The notes under the pieces: model-generated
The model's database searches: none
Told to the model about the DNA's origin: nothing
Seen by the model: only the letters and a program-made list of their open reading frames with translations
Shown: one piece after another, positions 12,830 to 26,021 of the stretch
How positions within the stretch are numbered: the stretch's first letter is position 1
Layout of the letters: every line of letters begins with the position of its first letter
Made by a program: the position numbers and the translations under genes
From: Callorhinchus milii
Taxonomy: Eukaryota
DNA length: 64,000 bases
Direction: 5' to 3'
Assembly: GCF_018977255.1 (NCBI RefSeq)
Contig: NW_024704742.1
Location: 92,320,001-92,384,000 of the forward strand

Positions 12830-13726
12830 GAAAAACCGCCTTCACCTTGTTTTTTCAAATGGTTTCTCCTCCTGCCCCCACCCAATCACCTGTGGCATAC
12901 CCCAAGGCTCTATCCTTGGCCCCCTCCTCTTCATCATCTGTATGCTCCCTCTTGACGATGTCATCCGCAGGACATGCTGTACACTTCCACATGTATGTGG
13001 ATGACACACAAATCTACTTCTCCTCCATCTGCAACTCCAGATCCGCCGATGTTCTGTCGGCTTGTCTGGCAGACAGCAGGGCCTGAACGAGCACAAACTT
13101 CTGCAACGTAATGTCGACAAGACGAAAGCCATACTTCTTGGCTCCAGTCAATGTCTTCTGTCCTGCAGCTCTGATCTACTCAGCCTCCCGGCCTATCCCT
13201 CAGATTCACTGAACCAGTGTGCAACCTAGGCGTCAGGTTTGATCCACAGATTTCCTTCTTACCCCACATCCGGTCCCTGACCAGGAACAGTTTTCTCCAC
13301 CTCCGCCACATTGCCTGCATCCATGCGTTCGTCACTTTCCGCCTTGACTATTCAAATGCCCTCCTTGTCAGTCTCCCTAGCTCCACCAGCCACAAAATCC
13401 GACTGATCCAAAACTCCGCTGCCTGCATACTCACCCATACCACCATCACATCGGGCTCCACTGGCTCCCTATCACAGAATGGATTGATTTTAAGATCCTT
13501 ACACTCGTTTTCAAATCCCTTCATGCCCTGGTACTTCCCTACCTCTCTGACCTGTTTACCCCCCAGCCCACAACCTGCTGCCTCCGCTCGACTGGCTCTG
13601 GCCTCCTGCACATCCCTCGTGGACTGCGTTCCACCATCGGTGGCCGCATCTCAAAGCACTTAAATATGTTGTGTATCTGGAAAGCTACTCTGCATGAAGG
13701 GCGCTTTATAAATGTAAGTTGTTGTT
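12830..13726 (+). mobile_element. L2 3' fragment (older subfamily)
   Basis: GIPQGSILGP, FHMYVDDTQIY, HAFVTFRLDYSNALL, and the tail GAAGGGCGCTTTATAAATGTAAGTTGTTG. Confidence 0.9.
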
Positions 13727-13734
13727 TCAAAATG

Positions 13735-14210
13735 TTAAGGCATTAGAACCAATATGGGGAGGTGTACAAGAATGATTCTGGGAATGATCGAGTACACTAT
13801 GAGGAGAGATTGAGGAAGTTGGGTCTGTTTTCATTGGACCAGAGAAGGTTGAGGGAGACTTGATAGATATGTACAGAATTATGAAGGATTTTGTTAGAGA
13901 AATGAGGGAGAAGTTATTTCCATTGATAGGTGAGTTTGTGACGAGGGTAAATAGTTGTAAGAAAGCCACAAGAAAAGTGAAAGGAAAATTTAGGAGGAAC
14001 TTTTTCACCAGAGAGGTGTCGGAATATGGAATGCCCTGCCAAATAGTGCGGTGGAGGAAGTAGACAGGTATGAAAGAGAGAAGCTTGTAAGAGTCTTGGG
14101 ATAAAGTGGGGCGGTGGGATTGAAGCGATCTCCTTGCTCTGTGAGACGGCGCAGACTCAATGACCCAAATGCCCTCTTTCCCTGCTGTAGATTCCTTTAT
14201 TGCTATGTAT
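13735..14210 (+). mobile_element. Degraded CR1 3' fragment
   Basis: YEERLRKLGL..RGDLIDMYRIMK..FRRNFFT. Confidence 0.8.
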
Positions 14211-14751
14211 TATTACATCACCTTTAAGCTACAAATGTGATTGAACATCTTCCATTTGGATTATATGGCTCATGCCATTGTTAGTACTGGGGCCTTTTAT
14301 TATATGAATAGGTAGCCATAGTGTCACTGCCCATGTCTCCTATATCAATGTGGAGGAGTATCAGAGCCCCCACACATGCATTGGTCAGCACTGTTTGTTT
14401 GACTTCCAACTGTAATCAGTTTCCAATGAATGAGGAGCTGACGGGACAGTTAACTCTTTCTAATCAGCTCAGATCGAAACATCGACTGCTGCATTGTTTT
14501 TATTTAAATACAGTCTTACCTGTCTTCAACAACCTCTCATGGGACTGAGCCAAAGTAGCCAAAGGGTGCGAACCAGGCTGTCCGGGCTGCTCCACGATGA
14601 TTATTAAGAGGGGGTGATTGCTGAATGGAGGTAGTTGCTTGAATAGGTTTTACTGTACATAACTTTTACTTTCACACTACAGGTACAAATTAAAACAATG
14701 CAAGATCGCCCTTTGGCGTATGTCAACACTAGCCTGCACTGGCAGCGTTTA

Positions 14752-15063
14752 GTGGAGTCCTGTAGCTCAATGGTTAGAGCACTCGCCTCGCAAGTGAGAG
14801 ACCTGGGTTCAATTCCCGGCAGGGCAAAACCTTGGGCAAGTTTCCTCACTCCACACGCCTGATAATAATCCCTCAAGAAAAAAAGCACAATAATAATTTG
14901 GTCACTCAATCCATGACTGTTTTGGGGACATTGCTGTGTACAATTGGCTGTCGCGTTTCGCTCACAAATATACAGTTAATTCACTTTACGGTATATTCTG
15001 TGAAGCGCTTTGAGATGTCTAGAAGACGTGAAAAGTGCTATATCAAATGCAAGGATTATTATT
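14752..15063 (+). mobile_element. tRNA(Ala-like)-derived SINE, short form, full length
   Basis: GTGGAGTCCTGTAGCTCAATGGTTAGAGC..GGTTCAATTCC head and (TTA)n tail. Confidence 0.92.
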
Positions 15064-16739
15064 AGTAGTAGTAGTACCCTTTTGCCTAAGAGAACTAAGA
15101 AACAAAGCACAGCACAGTACAGCACCAAACGTAAAAGTGTAGTTTAGGAACAACATTTTACACTGTGACATGGATGAGTGAGGAACAAACAAGCCTGTTT
15201 TGTTTATTGTCTGTTTGTTAAAGTCAGCAAACTATTTTCCACTATAATTTCAGTAATCGTCTTCGACTAAAACAACAAATTTAAAAAAGCGTTCTAAGGG
15301 TTAAACAGGAACTGGGACAAGTAGTCATTCACACTACACGTGGTCACGAAATCTACCATTGTTTATGAGAGAAGGTTTTTTTGAGAAAGTTCAAGACTTA
15401 AAAGAGTTAAAAGTCAAAGGAGTGGGCTAGATCTAATAAAAGAAACAAAAAGTTAGTTCGGAATCCTTTTTTTGAGAACCATTAATGCTCAGAATATCAG
15501 ACGTTGTATAGAAGGATTAGTTAAACAGAGAAACTAATTGCATTCACTTGTTAAAACTCTGTTGAGGGTAAATGGGGTTGTGTTTTGTCATGTTAGTTCA
15601 ATGGATGTTTCTAGGGATTAGGTTATGTACATACTGAAAGATGTCTTTGCCTTCAGGGTTAGTCCAGCATTCACTACAGATGAGAAAAGACGTATCTTCC
15701 TTTGCCTCCAACAGCAGCACATAATATAAAATTCATTGCTCTCAAAGAAGATCGACTGGCTTTTGATATTTGACGTCAACAGTTTGATATTTATTGAACT
15801 ATTCTTAAAGGCTTATTTTTCATAGGAATCTTGGCTTTATTTATTTATGAATGGGCCAATGGCACAAAACTTGTCTGATATCCGGAATCCATCAACAAAA
15901 AGAGAGCGTCAAAATATTAGAAGCGTAACAAGGTTATGTAATAAATTAGCTTATCTACAAATATTATCTATCCAGGGCAGGCAATGAGAGACAGCTACAA
16001 ACTGTTGAGTTACAGTGAGTGCCCAAGAGCAAGTGCCAGTCACTGTGTCTATCCTGAGGCGCCCATGCCCATATTCACAAGCCCTCTGCTCCAGTGTCTT
16101 TCACTCAACAATTCTGATTATTTGCTTTTAGAGGAACTAGCCTGTGACATCCACAAATGTATTTGTTTGTTGTGAATCCCACAGGAGATAAGCGTCCAAG
16201 TACTGCAGATCCGTTCCTTGCACAGGTTTGCTTACCGAATACACAGTTACTATTCTTTCAGCAAATCCTATGAAGCGCTCCTCTGAAAGATTCCATATCA
16301 AATGCAAGGATTATTATTATTATAAATTGTTTTGTGTATTTTACAGCCCCCAGCAACAGATGATAATGTGGTTCCAGGGCTACAGCCTATGCTAATAAAC
16401 AATGAGAAAGAAAGTTCAATGAGTAAACTTCTCTTTTTCTCCCTTGGGTGTTAATACATAGAGGATATCAGATAACACCTATGCTGCATGTATCATACAG
16501 TTTTGCCGATGATAAGTAGTGCTGCTACCTCTAGAGGTTCTGAGCTCCACCCAGTTGATGGCTTTCCCAAGTTCCATTGGGCCGAGCAACAATTTAACCG
16601 CAGCTGCTGGAGGCAACATTGGGCATCTTTGCTGCCTGAAGGATTAGCAGCTCAACCTGATTCATACTTGATCCATATTGGGTAATAATAGTGAGTTTTC
16701 ACTCCCTGACTTGTGCATAGCCTTCCTCAATCACTCCTC

Positions 16740-17059
16740 GTGGAGTCCTGTAGCTCAGTGGTTAGAGCACTCGCTTTGCAAGCGAGAGACCTGAGTTCAA
16801 TTCCAAGCAGGGCGAAACCTTGGGCAAGTTTCCTTACTCCAAACGCCTAATAATAATCCCTCCAAAACCAAAAACAATAATAAATTGGTCATTTTCAATC
16901 CATGACTGTTTGTGGGACATTGCTGTACGCAATTGGCTGCCACGTTCGCCCACAAATATAGTCAATTCACTTTACAGTGTGTTCTGTGAAGCGCTTTGGG
17001 ACGTCCTCCCGACGTGAAAAGCGCTATATCAAATGCAAGGATTATTATTATTATTATTA
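16740..17059 (+). mobile_element. tRNA(Ala-like)-derived SINE, short form, young copy
   Basis: Intact A and B boxes. Tail GGGACGTCCTCCCGACGTGAAAAGCGC then (TTA)n. Confidence 0.93.
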
Positions 17060-18019
17060 TGGATCAAGATAGCCAGGAAATAAAGCATAACAACACTAAT
17101 GTTCTAACCTCTGTGGAATACACACCACAATATAGATAGATATGCATCTTTTAATTCTGTGAAAAGCAATACATCAGTGAGGTACAACCCAGCAATCCAG
17201 TCTCGAATTCAGCAGATACTGTAAAGCATGAGAGAGCAAAACATGAGAAGTTCTAGGGTGATCATCTGGCCCTTTGGATTGTGTCAGCCTGGCTCAGTTG
17301 AAAGCAATCTTAAGGAAAGGATTCAAGATCCACTTTGGGACTTTGCTCTCGCAGTCTAAGCTGGCACTGCAATACAGTGAAGCGCTGGGGGAATCCCGCA
17401 TTGTTGGAGGTGCAGTGTTTTTTAAAAAAAAGATGTTAAACCAAGGTTCTGTTTGCCTGTTAAGCTGGGCATAAAGCAATCCCCAGCATTGCATTAAAGT
17501 GTCAGAGTAGATTGTGAGCTCAAAGTCCTGATGTGGAGCTTGAATCCACAACCTTCTTAAATAAATAGAAATGAGAACACCTTGTCTTCTGTGGATGCTT
17601 CAAGATCCATTAACAAATGCTTCAGTGTGACTTCAGAAAGATCAGTTTGCACAAATCAAACCAGACACAGTGCTTTCTGAGTCTCTTCATACAGCTTCCC
17701 CTAGGCACCAGCATGAAGAAGCATCAGTGGGCTCTTAACCACAGCAAGAGAGGATTGCCGCCCAGTCGGGTTTCAGTTTTACCTCAACTCTTTATGGAAA
17801 GCGACAATTCGGCTTAATTTGCAGTCTAACAAAGGGGAACGAGCATATTGTTTTTGTTCTCAGGTCCCATATTGTTTACTGCTCTCCTGCAATAGTTGGG
17901 AACAGGTCCTTCTTGCTGCTCAGTATTACTGTCAAATTTGTGATGTACCTAAAAGACTTCATTATTTAGGAATTCAAACTTTCATTTCTCTCATGCTGGA
18001 CACATAAACTGGGGGGCCC

Positions 18020-18285
18020 AACATCCAAGGCTCAGTATGCAAGGTTATTTTGTCCGATTTAAGATCACGTAGAATTGTGGAAAGTTCTTAAATTTAGTCT
18101 TAATTTTGAAGTGTTTCTAAAGGTGGCTCTACAATGCTGTAATTAAATAGAATGGAATAGAAAATAAATTAAGTTTCTGAATTTGGATTCCAAATTAAGA
18201 ACAAATTGAAGGTTTGTTCCACAATTCTGCGTAATCCTAAATTTTATGACAAAATGGTCTAACAGGCTAGGTCTAGGTGGAATTC
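18020..18285. mobile_element. Palindromic MITE-like element
   Basis: TTTAAGATCACGTAGAATTGTGGAA (~18058) is an imperfect inverted repeat of TTCCACAATTCTGCGTAATCCTAAA (~18217). Related copies at 47900-48260 and ~23070-23220. Confidence 0.6.
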
Positions 18286-19447
18286 AACTTGAAGTCTCTC
18301 CAAGCTTGGAGAATACTTCAGTTTTTACTTACCTCAGTAAGTACAGTATTAGCCTACAATGTTAGGACAGTGCAACACCTTAAGTCAACAAGTAAGCACT
18401 AAATGGTACTACAGAGATCAGCAGACGAGATGGAGATAGGATTTTAACCAGGCAGATCTGAGAGTCGTAAAGCTGGCTGCCAAGAAACAATATACACTCA
18501 CAGAGTTAATCCAGTGTTGGATCACCCAGCATGGCTTCTTCTAGTGGTGTTGTCTAAACTCAGGATGTGAATGACTTGTTCAGAAAGAGTAAGGAATGAA
18601 TACATTCTTTCTCAGTAATATCCACTGTTGGGAATGGAGAAACAGAAAAGGCCGGATAGAGAGGAGTCAGATGTTATCTTTATGTTTATACTGAATAGAG
18701 AGATCACATAATACATTTGGGAAAGTACAAAGTGTGAAGATCAGACGTGTGCAATTCCTTCAACTCCAGGATCGGAACGGAGCGCACATCATTTTTGGAT
18801 ACACAAAGGCCAAACCATACTGCTGACTCCTTTCTAAATCCTATTTTCAGCACCCTTGTATTTTGGCTGGTTTTGGAAATCATAATTAGCAATTTTGCTA
18901 ACATAACTTAGACAGCAAAACAGAAGTCGCATTTCACCCTTCAAAAGCAACAGCAATTTACATTTATGAAGCACCTTTCATGTCGGAAAGAAGTCTTTAC
19001 ACAGTTGACTGGGATCCCGAGCCTGCGGGAAATTTATATCCCACTGTTGCATTGGATGCTATAATTGTCCTTAAAGGATTTATAGAGAAGCCAATTTTTA
19101 TTTCATAATATTAATAATAATAATCCTTATATTTGATATCACCCTATCACATTGTTGAGAGGTCTCAAAGTGCTTCACAAGATTTTACTGTGTATTGTAG
19201 TTACTGTGTACAGTATTTGTAGGTGAAGATAGTAGCTAATTTGCGCAGCAATGTTCCACAAACAGCCATAAAGTTAGTGAATAATTTTTATGTTTTAATG
19301 TTTTCCAAACTAGTCCAACAGCTTTTCTAGCATTAGTAGCGTCATGTAACTCCTAGTAACAACAACAACTCCCATTAATTTAGCCCAAAAATACAATGAA
19401 TGCAAGTTACAGTATATCTTGTGAAGCACTTTGAGACATATTATAAA

Positions 19448-19729
19448 ATAATAATAATCCTTGCATTTGATATTATAGCTCTTTTCACATTTTCTAGACA
19501 TCTCAAAGCACTTCACAGAATATACTGGAAAGTGAATTGACTGTATATTTGTGGGCAAAACGAGGCACCCAATTGTGCACAGCAGTGTTGCACAAACAGT
19601 TTTGGAATTTTTATTGTGTTTATTCTCTTGATGGATTATTATCAGCCGTGTGGAGTAAGGAAACTTCCCCAACGTTTCACCCTGTCAGGAATTGAACCCA
19701 GGTCTAACCACTGAGCTACATGACTCCAC
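19448..19729 (-). mobile_element. tRNA-derived SINE, short form, anticodon arm deleted
   Basis: Reverse complement of the family consensus. Confidence 0.88.
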
Positions 19730-21205
19730 TTTACAGGACGTCTCAACAACATGAAATGCAAGAAGGATTATTATTATTAATCTTAAGTCAAATTTATTGC
19801 AATAAGGTACACACCACAGATAGAAAGATAAATTTATGGAGCAATCTCAGTTATGCCTAACCCTCTCTATTCTCAAGTATTAGTGACTAGCCCAGGAAAA
19901 GATCATGTAAATTGCATTGATAATCTCTTTTTGAAAGGTAAGGCCCAAAATGGGTGCTAAATTATTGAATTTCTGTTTTGAATGTAAACTGCATTGTCAA
20001 AGCTCTAGGTACTGTCACTAGTATTTAAAGAAAAGATTAGTAGGATTAACTGTTCCAGTCATTCATGTCTTTTTCTTCTGTTGATGGAAATATCATTACT
20101 GGTTTGATTTTTATCCTGACAGTTCAGCACCTGAAGAACTCGAAACCTGTCATTGAAATAAATGCGCTTAATCTACAATGTTAGCTTGTTTTAACAAAGA
20201 ACTCTGCCCTATGGTCCCTCTGACTTACAATCCCCACAGAACAGTTTGCTCACTGACCGCAGGCAGAATTGAAATGATTTGATTTCAGTGAAATTCCATT
20301 CTACTATGGCAAGGTAGTGATACTTTAGTGCTATTGGTATATTGGGTGATTTCCATGGAATTCCACTCCAGCAGTGTCATGACAAAATGATGTCTGCTCA
20401 CAAAGAGCCCCATTGACCTAATGGCACAAGTCTGATTCTCTTCGCAGGCACGGGGCTCACTGTGATAAGTAGAACCATAAAAATCTACAAGACAGTATGA
20501 GATCATTTGGCCCATTTTTTCCTCTTGGTGTTTGCTTCTCTGACAAAATGCCCTTCCTAATCCCAATTGCTGCTCACTCTAACATCCTTCCTCCTCATCT
20601 GTTTTTCTAATTCTTTTTTAATTGCCTCCAATTGTTTCTGCTTTAACACCATCCCTGGCTGAGCAGTCCATTCCTGACAAAACTCCGGTTCTTCTGCACC
20701 TCACCTTTCACTCCCCTGGTCACAAACTTGAATTCATGCCTCCTCGTTCTGTAATCCACTATCAGTGGAAAGAGTTATTCATGATTAATTCTCCCAAACT
20801 TTTTCTATAACAACATCAACTTGCATTTATATAATGAGCTTCATGGAGGATAACATCTTGAAGGACTTCACAATTAGCAGAGTTGGATGCTGAAGAAGGG
20901 AAATGGGGAGGTGATCATAGGCATTGTCAAAGAGATAGATTTTTTGGCGTGATTTTAAAACAGTTTGAGAGAAGAAAGGATGAAGGGGTTGAGGGAGGGA
21001 CATAGTACCTGAAGGCTCTGTCACCAACGGGGATGTGTAGGGAGCAGGGTACATGCAGCAGGCCCAAAGTTAGGTGAGCATCAGGGCCTAGAAGAGGAAT
21101 TGGGGTAGGAAAAGATTACAGGCATCGGGTCCAAATCCCTGATTGTCCAGCGCCTCAGGATGTCCTCCTGATGTGAAAGGCGCTACACAAATGTTATTTG
21201 TTGTT

Positions 21206-21472
21206 AATAATAATAATAATAATCCTTGCATTTGATATAGCGCCTTATCACGTCTTCTAGACGTCTCAAAGCACTTCACAGAATATACTGTAAAGTTAAC
21301 TGACTGTAAATTTGTGGGTGAAATGCGGCAGCCAATTGTGCACAGCAGTATCCCACAAACAGTCGTGGATTGAAGTGACCAATTTATTATTGTTTTTTTT
21401 CTTGAGGGCTTATTATTAGGTATGTGGAGCAAGGAAACTTGCCCAAAATGTTGCCCTGCCGGGAATCAAACC
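21206..21472 (-). mobile_element. tRNA-derived SINE, short form, 5'-truncated
   Basis: Reverse complement of the family consensus. Confidence 0.88.
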
Positions 21473-23239
21473 TAATTTGTTGTTGTTGTTGAAGTGGGCA
21501 ACATATATTGACCACTCTAGCACCTCATGAAACACAAATTGAAATAGGATGTGTGATTGTGATAACTGTCAACTGTGATAATTGTCATAAAGCCGAAAAG
21601 TCCGAAGAAAACTTGTCTTTAAATTATGAATGAGTTCGGGAGTGAAAACAACACCCACTCTGATCTGGGATTTAAAATAATTAATACAGTAGTTTCATAA
21701 CAAGCATAGAACTGAAGTGCAGCAAATGTATGTTTAAAGAGAATAAACGGAAAATAATGGACCCCTTCATGTGGTATCTTGTAAAACTGAGGACAGGTTA
21801 GAAAGTTGGCTGGCAACTTTCACTCTCAGTTTGGCAAGATGGGCCAGATGTGCCACTATTATTATCCAGTTCAATCACACCTGGGTGAAGCACTCAAAGA
21901 CATCTAGGTGAATAGTGATCTGTCAAAGATCTGTCAAACACAGAATTGAGTCCAACTAAAGTCAACATGGTGATATCATTCCACCTACAGACAAATGTTT
22001 CAACAGGCTGGCTGACCAAACCAACCCACAAGCATAGAAGAAAATTAATTGAAAAGTATACAGAGCTATTGGTTAAACAGGTTAATCAAGTCTGAGTTTG
22101 CATCTCAAAGCGCTTTTAATTTTGTTTAACTCAACACAAATTATTTTTACTTTGTATGACTAACTGAGCTTACATTTTCTGGACACTCTTCTGTTTTCAA
22201 AAGGATTCAAGGTGGATTGGGAAGCTTTCAAACAGCAAACAAAAACAACAAATTATATTTGTATAAATCCTTTCACGTTGGGCCAATATCCCAAGGCACT
22301 GAGAATGATGATGCAATTTGTTCTGCAAACGCAGAGCTGAACGTGTTTTTTTATTATAGAGAAGTTAGAGAGCGGACGTGAATGGGTCTTTAAAATGTTA
22401 ATTTGGATGTAAGCAAGTTGTGTCACTCAGGCAGATCATTGTAGCCACAACTATAGGACAGGAGCACATCATAAATCACATCATATATAAATACAAGTTG
22501 TTGTTCCTCAAAAGGGATACTTTGAGCTCATAATCCAAGCTGTTTCTTCTGAGTGAGTTTTACTGAGTGTCAAAAAATTCCTTCAAAAAAAAAAAAAATT
22601 TGTTACTCAATCCACGACTGTTTGTGGGACACTGTTGTGCGTAATTGGCTGCCGCGTTTCACTCACCAAATATACAATCAATTCACTTTACAGTCTATTC
22701 TGTGAAGTGCTTTGAGACTCTCGAAGACGTGATAAGAAGCTATATCAAATGCAAGGATTATTATTATTATTCAAAATTATCAAGCAAGACTGGAGATTAA
22801 AAGATTGTTTTTTTTCCCCTCAAAGTGATGGATATGTGAAAAGGGAATGAACACTATTGGGTTCCATCATGTATCAATCACTAACAATAAATGTTGTTAT
22901 GTGGCAAATAAAACAATTGGTATTTTTAGTGATGCACAATGTTGGTTACCTCCTTTCTAAAGTAAAGTAAATAAGTGCAAAACAAATAACTTTTTAAAAC
23001 AGGATTGCAGATTTCTAGGATAAACGCAGTTAGTCAAAGAATTGATGTAATCTATATGGATATGTGGTCTGAAATGTCTCGTGGTCTTAACCTTAAAATT
23101 TAAGATTGTGCAATAATGTTTGGTTTTTTACGCAGTTCTCAATAAAATAACAGTTTGCAAATTAAGTCTAAATAAAAATTGTTTTAAAATTCTGCGCGAC
23201 TATAAACTTTAAGAGAATGCAAGACTGAATCCAAGATTA

Positions 23240-24330
23240 TACAGAAAGAGGAAGCAGGAATTTAGGGGAACAAAGAGAGAACTGGAAAGGGTCATAGCAG
23301 CAAATGCAAAATATAATGCAAAACAATTCTTTCAACTTTACAATAGGAGAGTAGGCAGGTAAGACGTAAAACCTTCAGAGTACTGGACAAGAGCATGAAC
23401 AGGAAATAGCAAACATATTAAATGACCACTTTGTTAAGTTTTTTTTAACCAGGGAAGACAATAAAAACATGCCACCTCTAAACAGTCAGCAAACTTTGTT
23501 TGAGCTCCAGGAGTTTAGCACAAGTGTGATTCTAACTAAGATCAAGGATCTAAAAAAACAACAAATCCTCTGGGATGGATGAATCATACCCCAAGGTACT
23601 TAGGGAGACAAGGCAGGAGTCTTGTGCAGCACTGACAGACATTAGGGAGTCAATCAGGATGAGGGAGGTTCCAACAGATTGGATGCAAGCAGATGTTATA
23701 ATAATCCTAGCAGATGTTGTTCCCCTCCCTATTCAAGACATCAACAGAAATAAACTTGGCAATGACAGACCCATTACCCTGACCTCAATTAAAAAAATTA
23801 AGGAGTCATTCATCAGTAAGGAAGTGGAAGATTAATTGCATAAAAATAATCTAATAAATAACAACCAACATTGCTTCAGAAAAGGTAGGTCTTGTCTAAC
23901 CAAGCTTACCTGAAAGACTCCTTCACCTGTGGTCACTTGGTATCAAGGGTAAGATTTGAATATGGATTCCGAATTAGCTGAAGGAAAGGAAACAGAGTCT
24001 TTGTTAGGGGACTTAGATTAAAATGCGGGGAGCTATTATACGGGTGCCTCAGTAGTCTGTACTGGTACTCTCCTGTTCTTGTATATATTAATTACCTGGA
24101 TTCGCAGACCCAGGGTAAGGTACTTAAATTTGCAGATTACAAATTTTCTTTATTCAGAGGGTAATTAATAGACTGGAAAGGTTTCCAGGAAGGGTGTTTG
24201 AAGCCAAGACATCGGCTCATTTAAAAAACACCTTGATGCTGTGTGTGAAGGGAGGAGTGTAGGGTGGGTGTTGGAGAGATGAGATCAGACAGGCCAAAGG
24301 GCTTCATCCGAATTAACCTTGTAATTGTGA
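23240..24330 (+). mobile_element. Old, internally deleted CR1 ORF2 remnant
   Basis: ..YPKVLRE..EVPTDW..DRPITLTS.., FRKGRSCLT, a KFAD-like remnant and a CR1-type 3' end. Confidence 0.75.
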
Positions 24331-24724
24331 CGTTTAGTTTTGAAGCTAAACCAATGAGCAAATTCAGGAATACAGTTAGTTTTAAAGTGAATGAACTTTG
24401 TTTAATTGGAGTTTAGGGAAAAACTGTATAGATTATTATATGGGGTTCCTTGCCAATCTTGGATAATTATAATAAAATAATCCTTGCATTTGTTATAGAA
24501 TCTTATTGTTTTTTTTATATGTCACATGTGCCTAATGTGTTCTTTTCTTGAGGGAATACTATCAGGCGTGTGGAGTAAGAAAACTTGCCCAAGGTTTCGC
24601 CCAGCCAGGATTGACCTGTTCAGAGAATGAGCTTTTGTGTTTTGTAACTTTTTCTTATGGACTAAAATATGGATTAAAAAATTATCTTTTTACTAGGAAC
24701 TCCTCGACATTCAGAAGCTATGAT

Positions 24725-25350
24725 CACGTAGGAACGAGGGGGCGAGGCGGAGAGATTGGGGGATGGAGTTCCAGAGGTTGGGGACAGAGTGGCTGAAGGC
24801 TCTCCCGCCAATGGTGGGGCGGGTGCGTCGGGGGACATGGAGCAGGCTGTTGCCGGCTGAGCGGAAGGAGCGGGCGGGTTGGTAGGGGGTTAGAAGGTCA
24901 CAGAGGTAGGGTGGGGCGAGGCCATGGAGGGCTTTGTAGGTGAGGATCAGGATCTTGAACTGGATCCTCTGAAGGATAGGGAGCCAATGGAGACGGGCAA
25001 GAGTGGGGGAGATGGGGTCACGGAGTTTGGTGCGGGAGAGGACACAGGCTGCAGAGTTCTGGATTATCTGCAGTCTGTGGAGGAAGGAGTTGGGAAGGCC
25101 AACAAGCAGGGCGTTTGCATAGTTGAGCCTGGAGGTGATGAAGGCATGAACAAGAGTTTCAGCGGCCTGAAGGTTGAGGGAGTGGCGCAGTCGGGCGATG
25201 TTATGGAGGTGAGGGAAAGCAGAGCGGGTCATGGCTTGGATGTGGGGGAGAAAAGACAGTTGAGGGTTGAACAAGACACTTAGGTTCCTGACTGGCTTGG
25301 TGAGTTGAAGTGTGCAACCATGGAGGTTGATGCTGCCAGAGCCTGAGGTG
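24725..25350 (-). mobile_element. L2 3' ORF2 fragment
   Basis: 187-aa ORF with HAFITSRLNY, LQIIQNSAA, RLHWLPI and GGRAFS..LWNSIP. Confidence 0.93.
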
Positions 25351-26021
25351 CATACAAACTCAAAATCCTGGTGGATTTTTTCCCCTTCTACAACAACAAC
25401 AACAAGATTCCATTTATTGAGCGCCTTTCACGTCGGGAGGACGTCCCTAGGTCAAGGTGTTGAGTCCAAATGCAGGTACTCTAATGTGGCCCCAGCTAAG
25501 ATCAACAACAACAACAAATTGCAATTATACAGCACCTTTCACATCCCTTCTTTTGTTTCTTTCACAGCCTGTTGTTTCTTATACACCGTCGTTTAGGATT
25601 CCAAATGCAGCTTTGTGGGTCTTCACAAGATGTCCATGATGAAGCGAGTCCATACTTGCATTGTTTTAACCAATCAAATAAATAGCTCAATTTTAAACAG
25701 GTTTATGCATTATTACTGTAATATCTTTGCATCCCTATGAACTACTCCTCTCATCATTTAAAGCCCTCAGTGATGTTCCTTCTGTGCTAGGGAGAAATCC
25801 TACCAAGGTCCCTCTTACCTTTGTAATGAAAAAAAGCAAGTCTTTGTTCACAATTTGGAGTTCAAGATGTACAACAATCCTTGACGTTCTTCTCCGAACA
25901 CTTTACAATCTATCAATATCATTTTAAAGCTAGCCTTAGGTACTATTTAGCCCAGCAAAATAAATATCTCCTGCGTTTTAAAATGCAAATTGCAGCATTT
26001 CGGTTCACATTTAACCACAGT

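Noticed and set aside
16346..16421. Possible plus-strand exon (ttttacag|CCCCCAGCA..)
   Set aside because: Weak donor, no partner exons and no recognisable peptide.
16742..16815. Genuine tRNA-Ala genes (also at 14754, 48307, 53389)
   Set aside because: Each runs into the same SINE body and L2-type tail, has no poly-T terminator and lacks G3:U70.
18704..18904. Short ORFs including an FGKVQSVK RRM-like string
   Set aside because: Too short and lacks convincing splice sites; likely chance.
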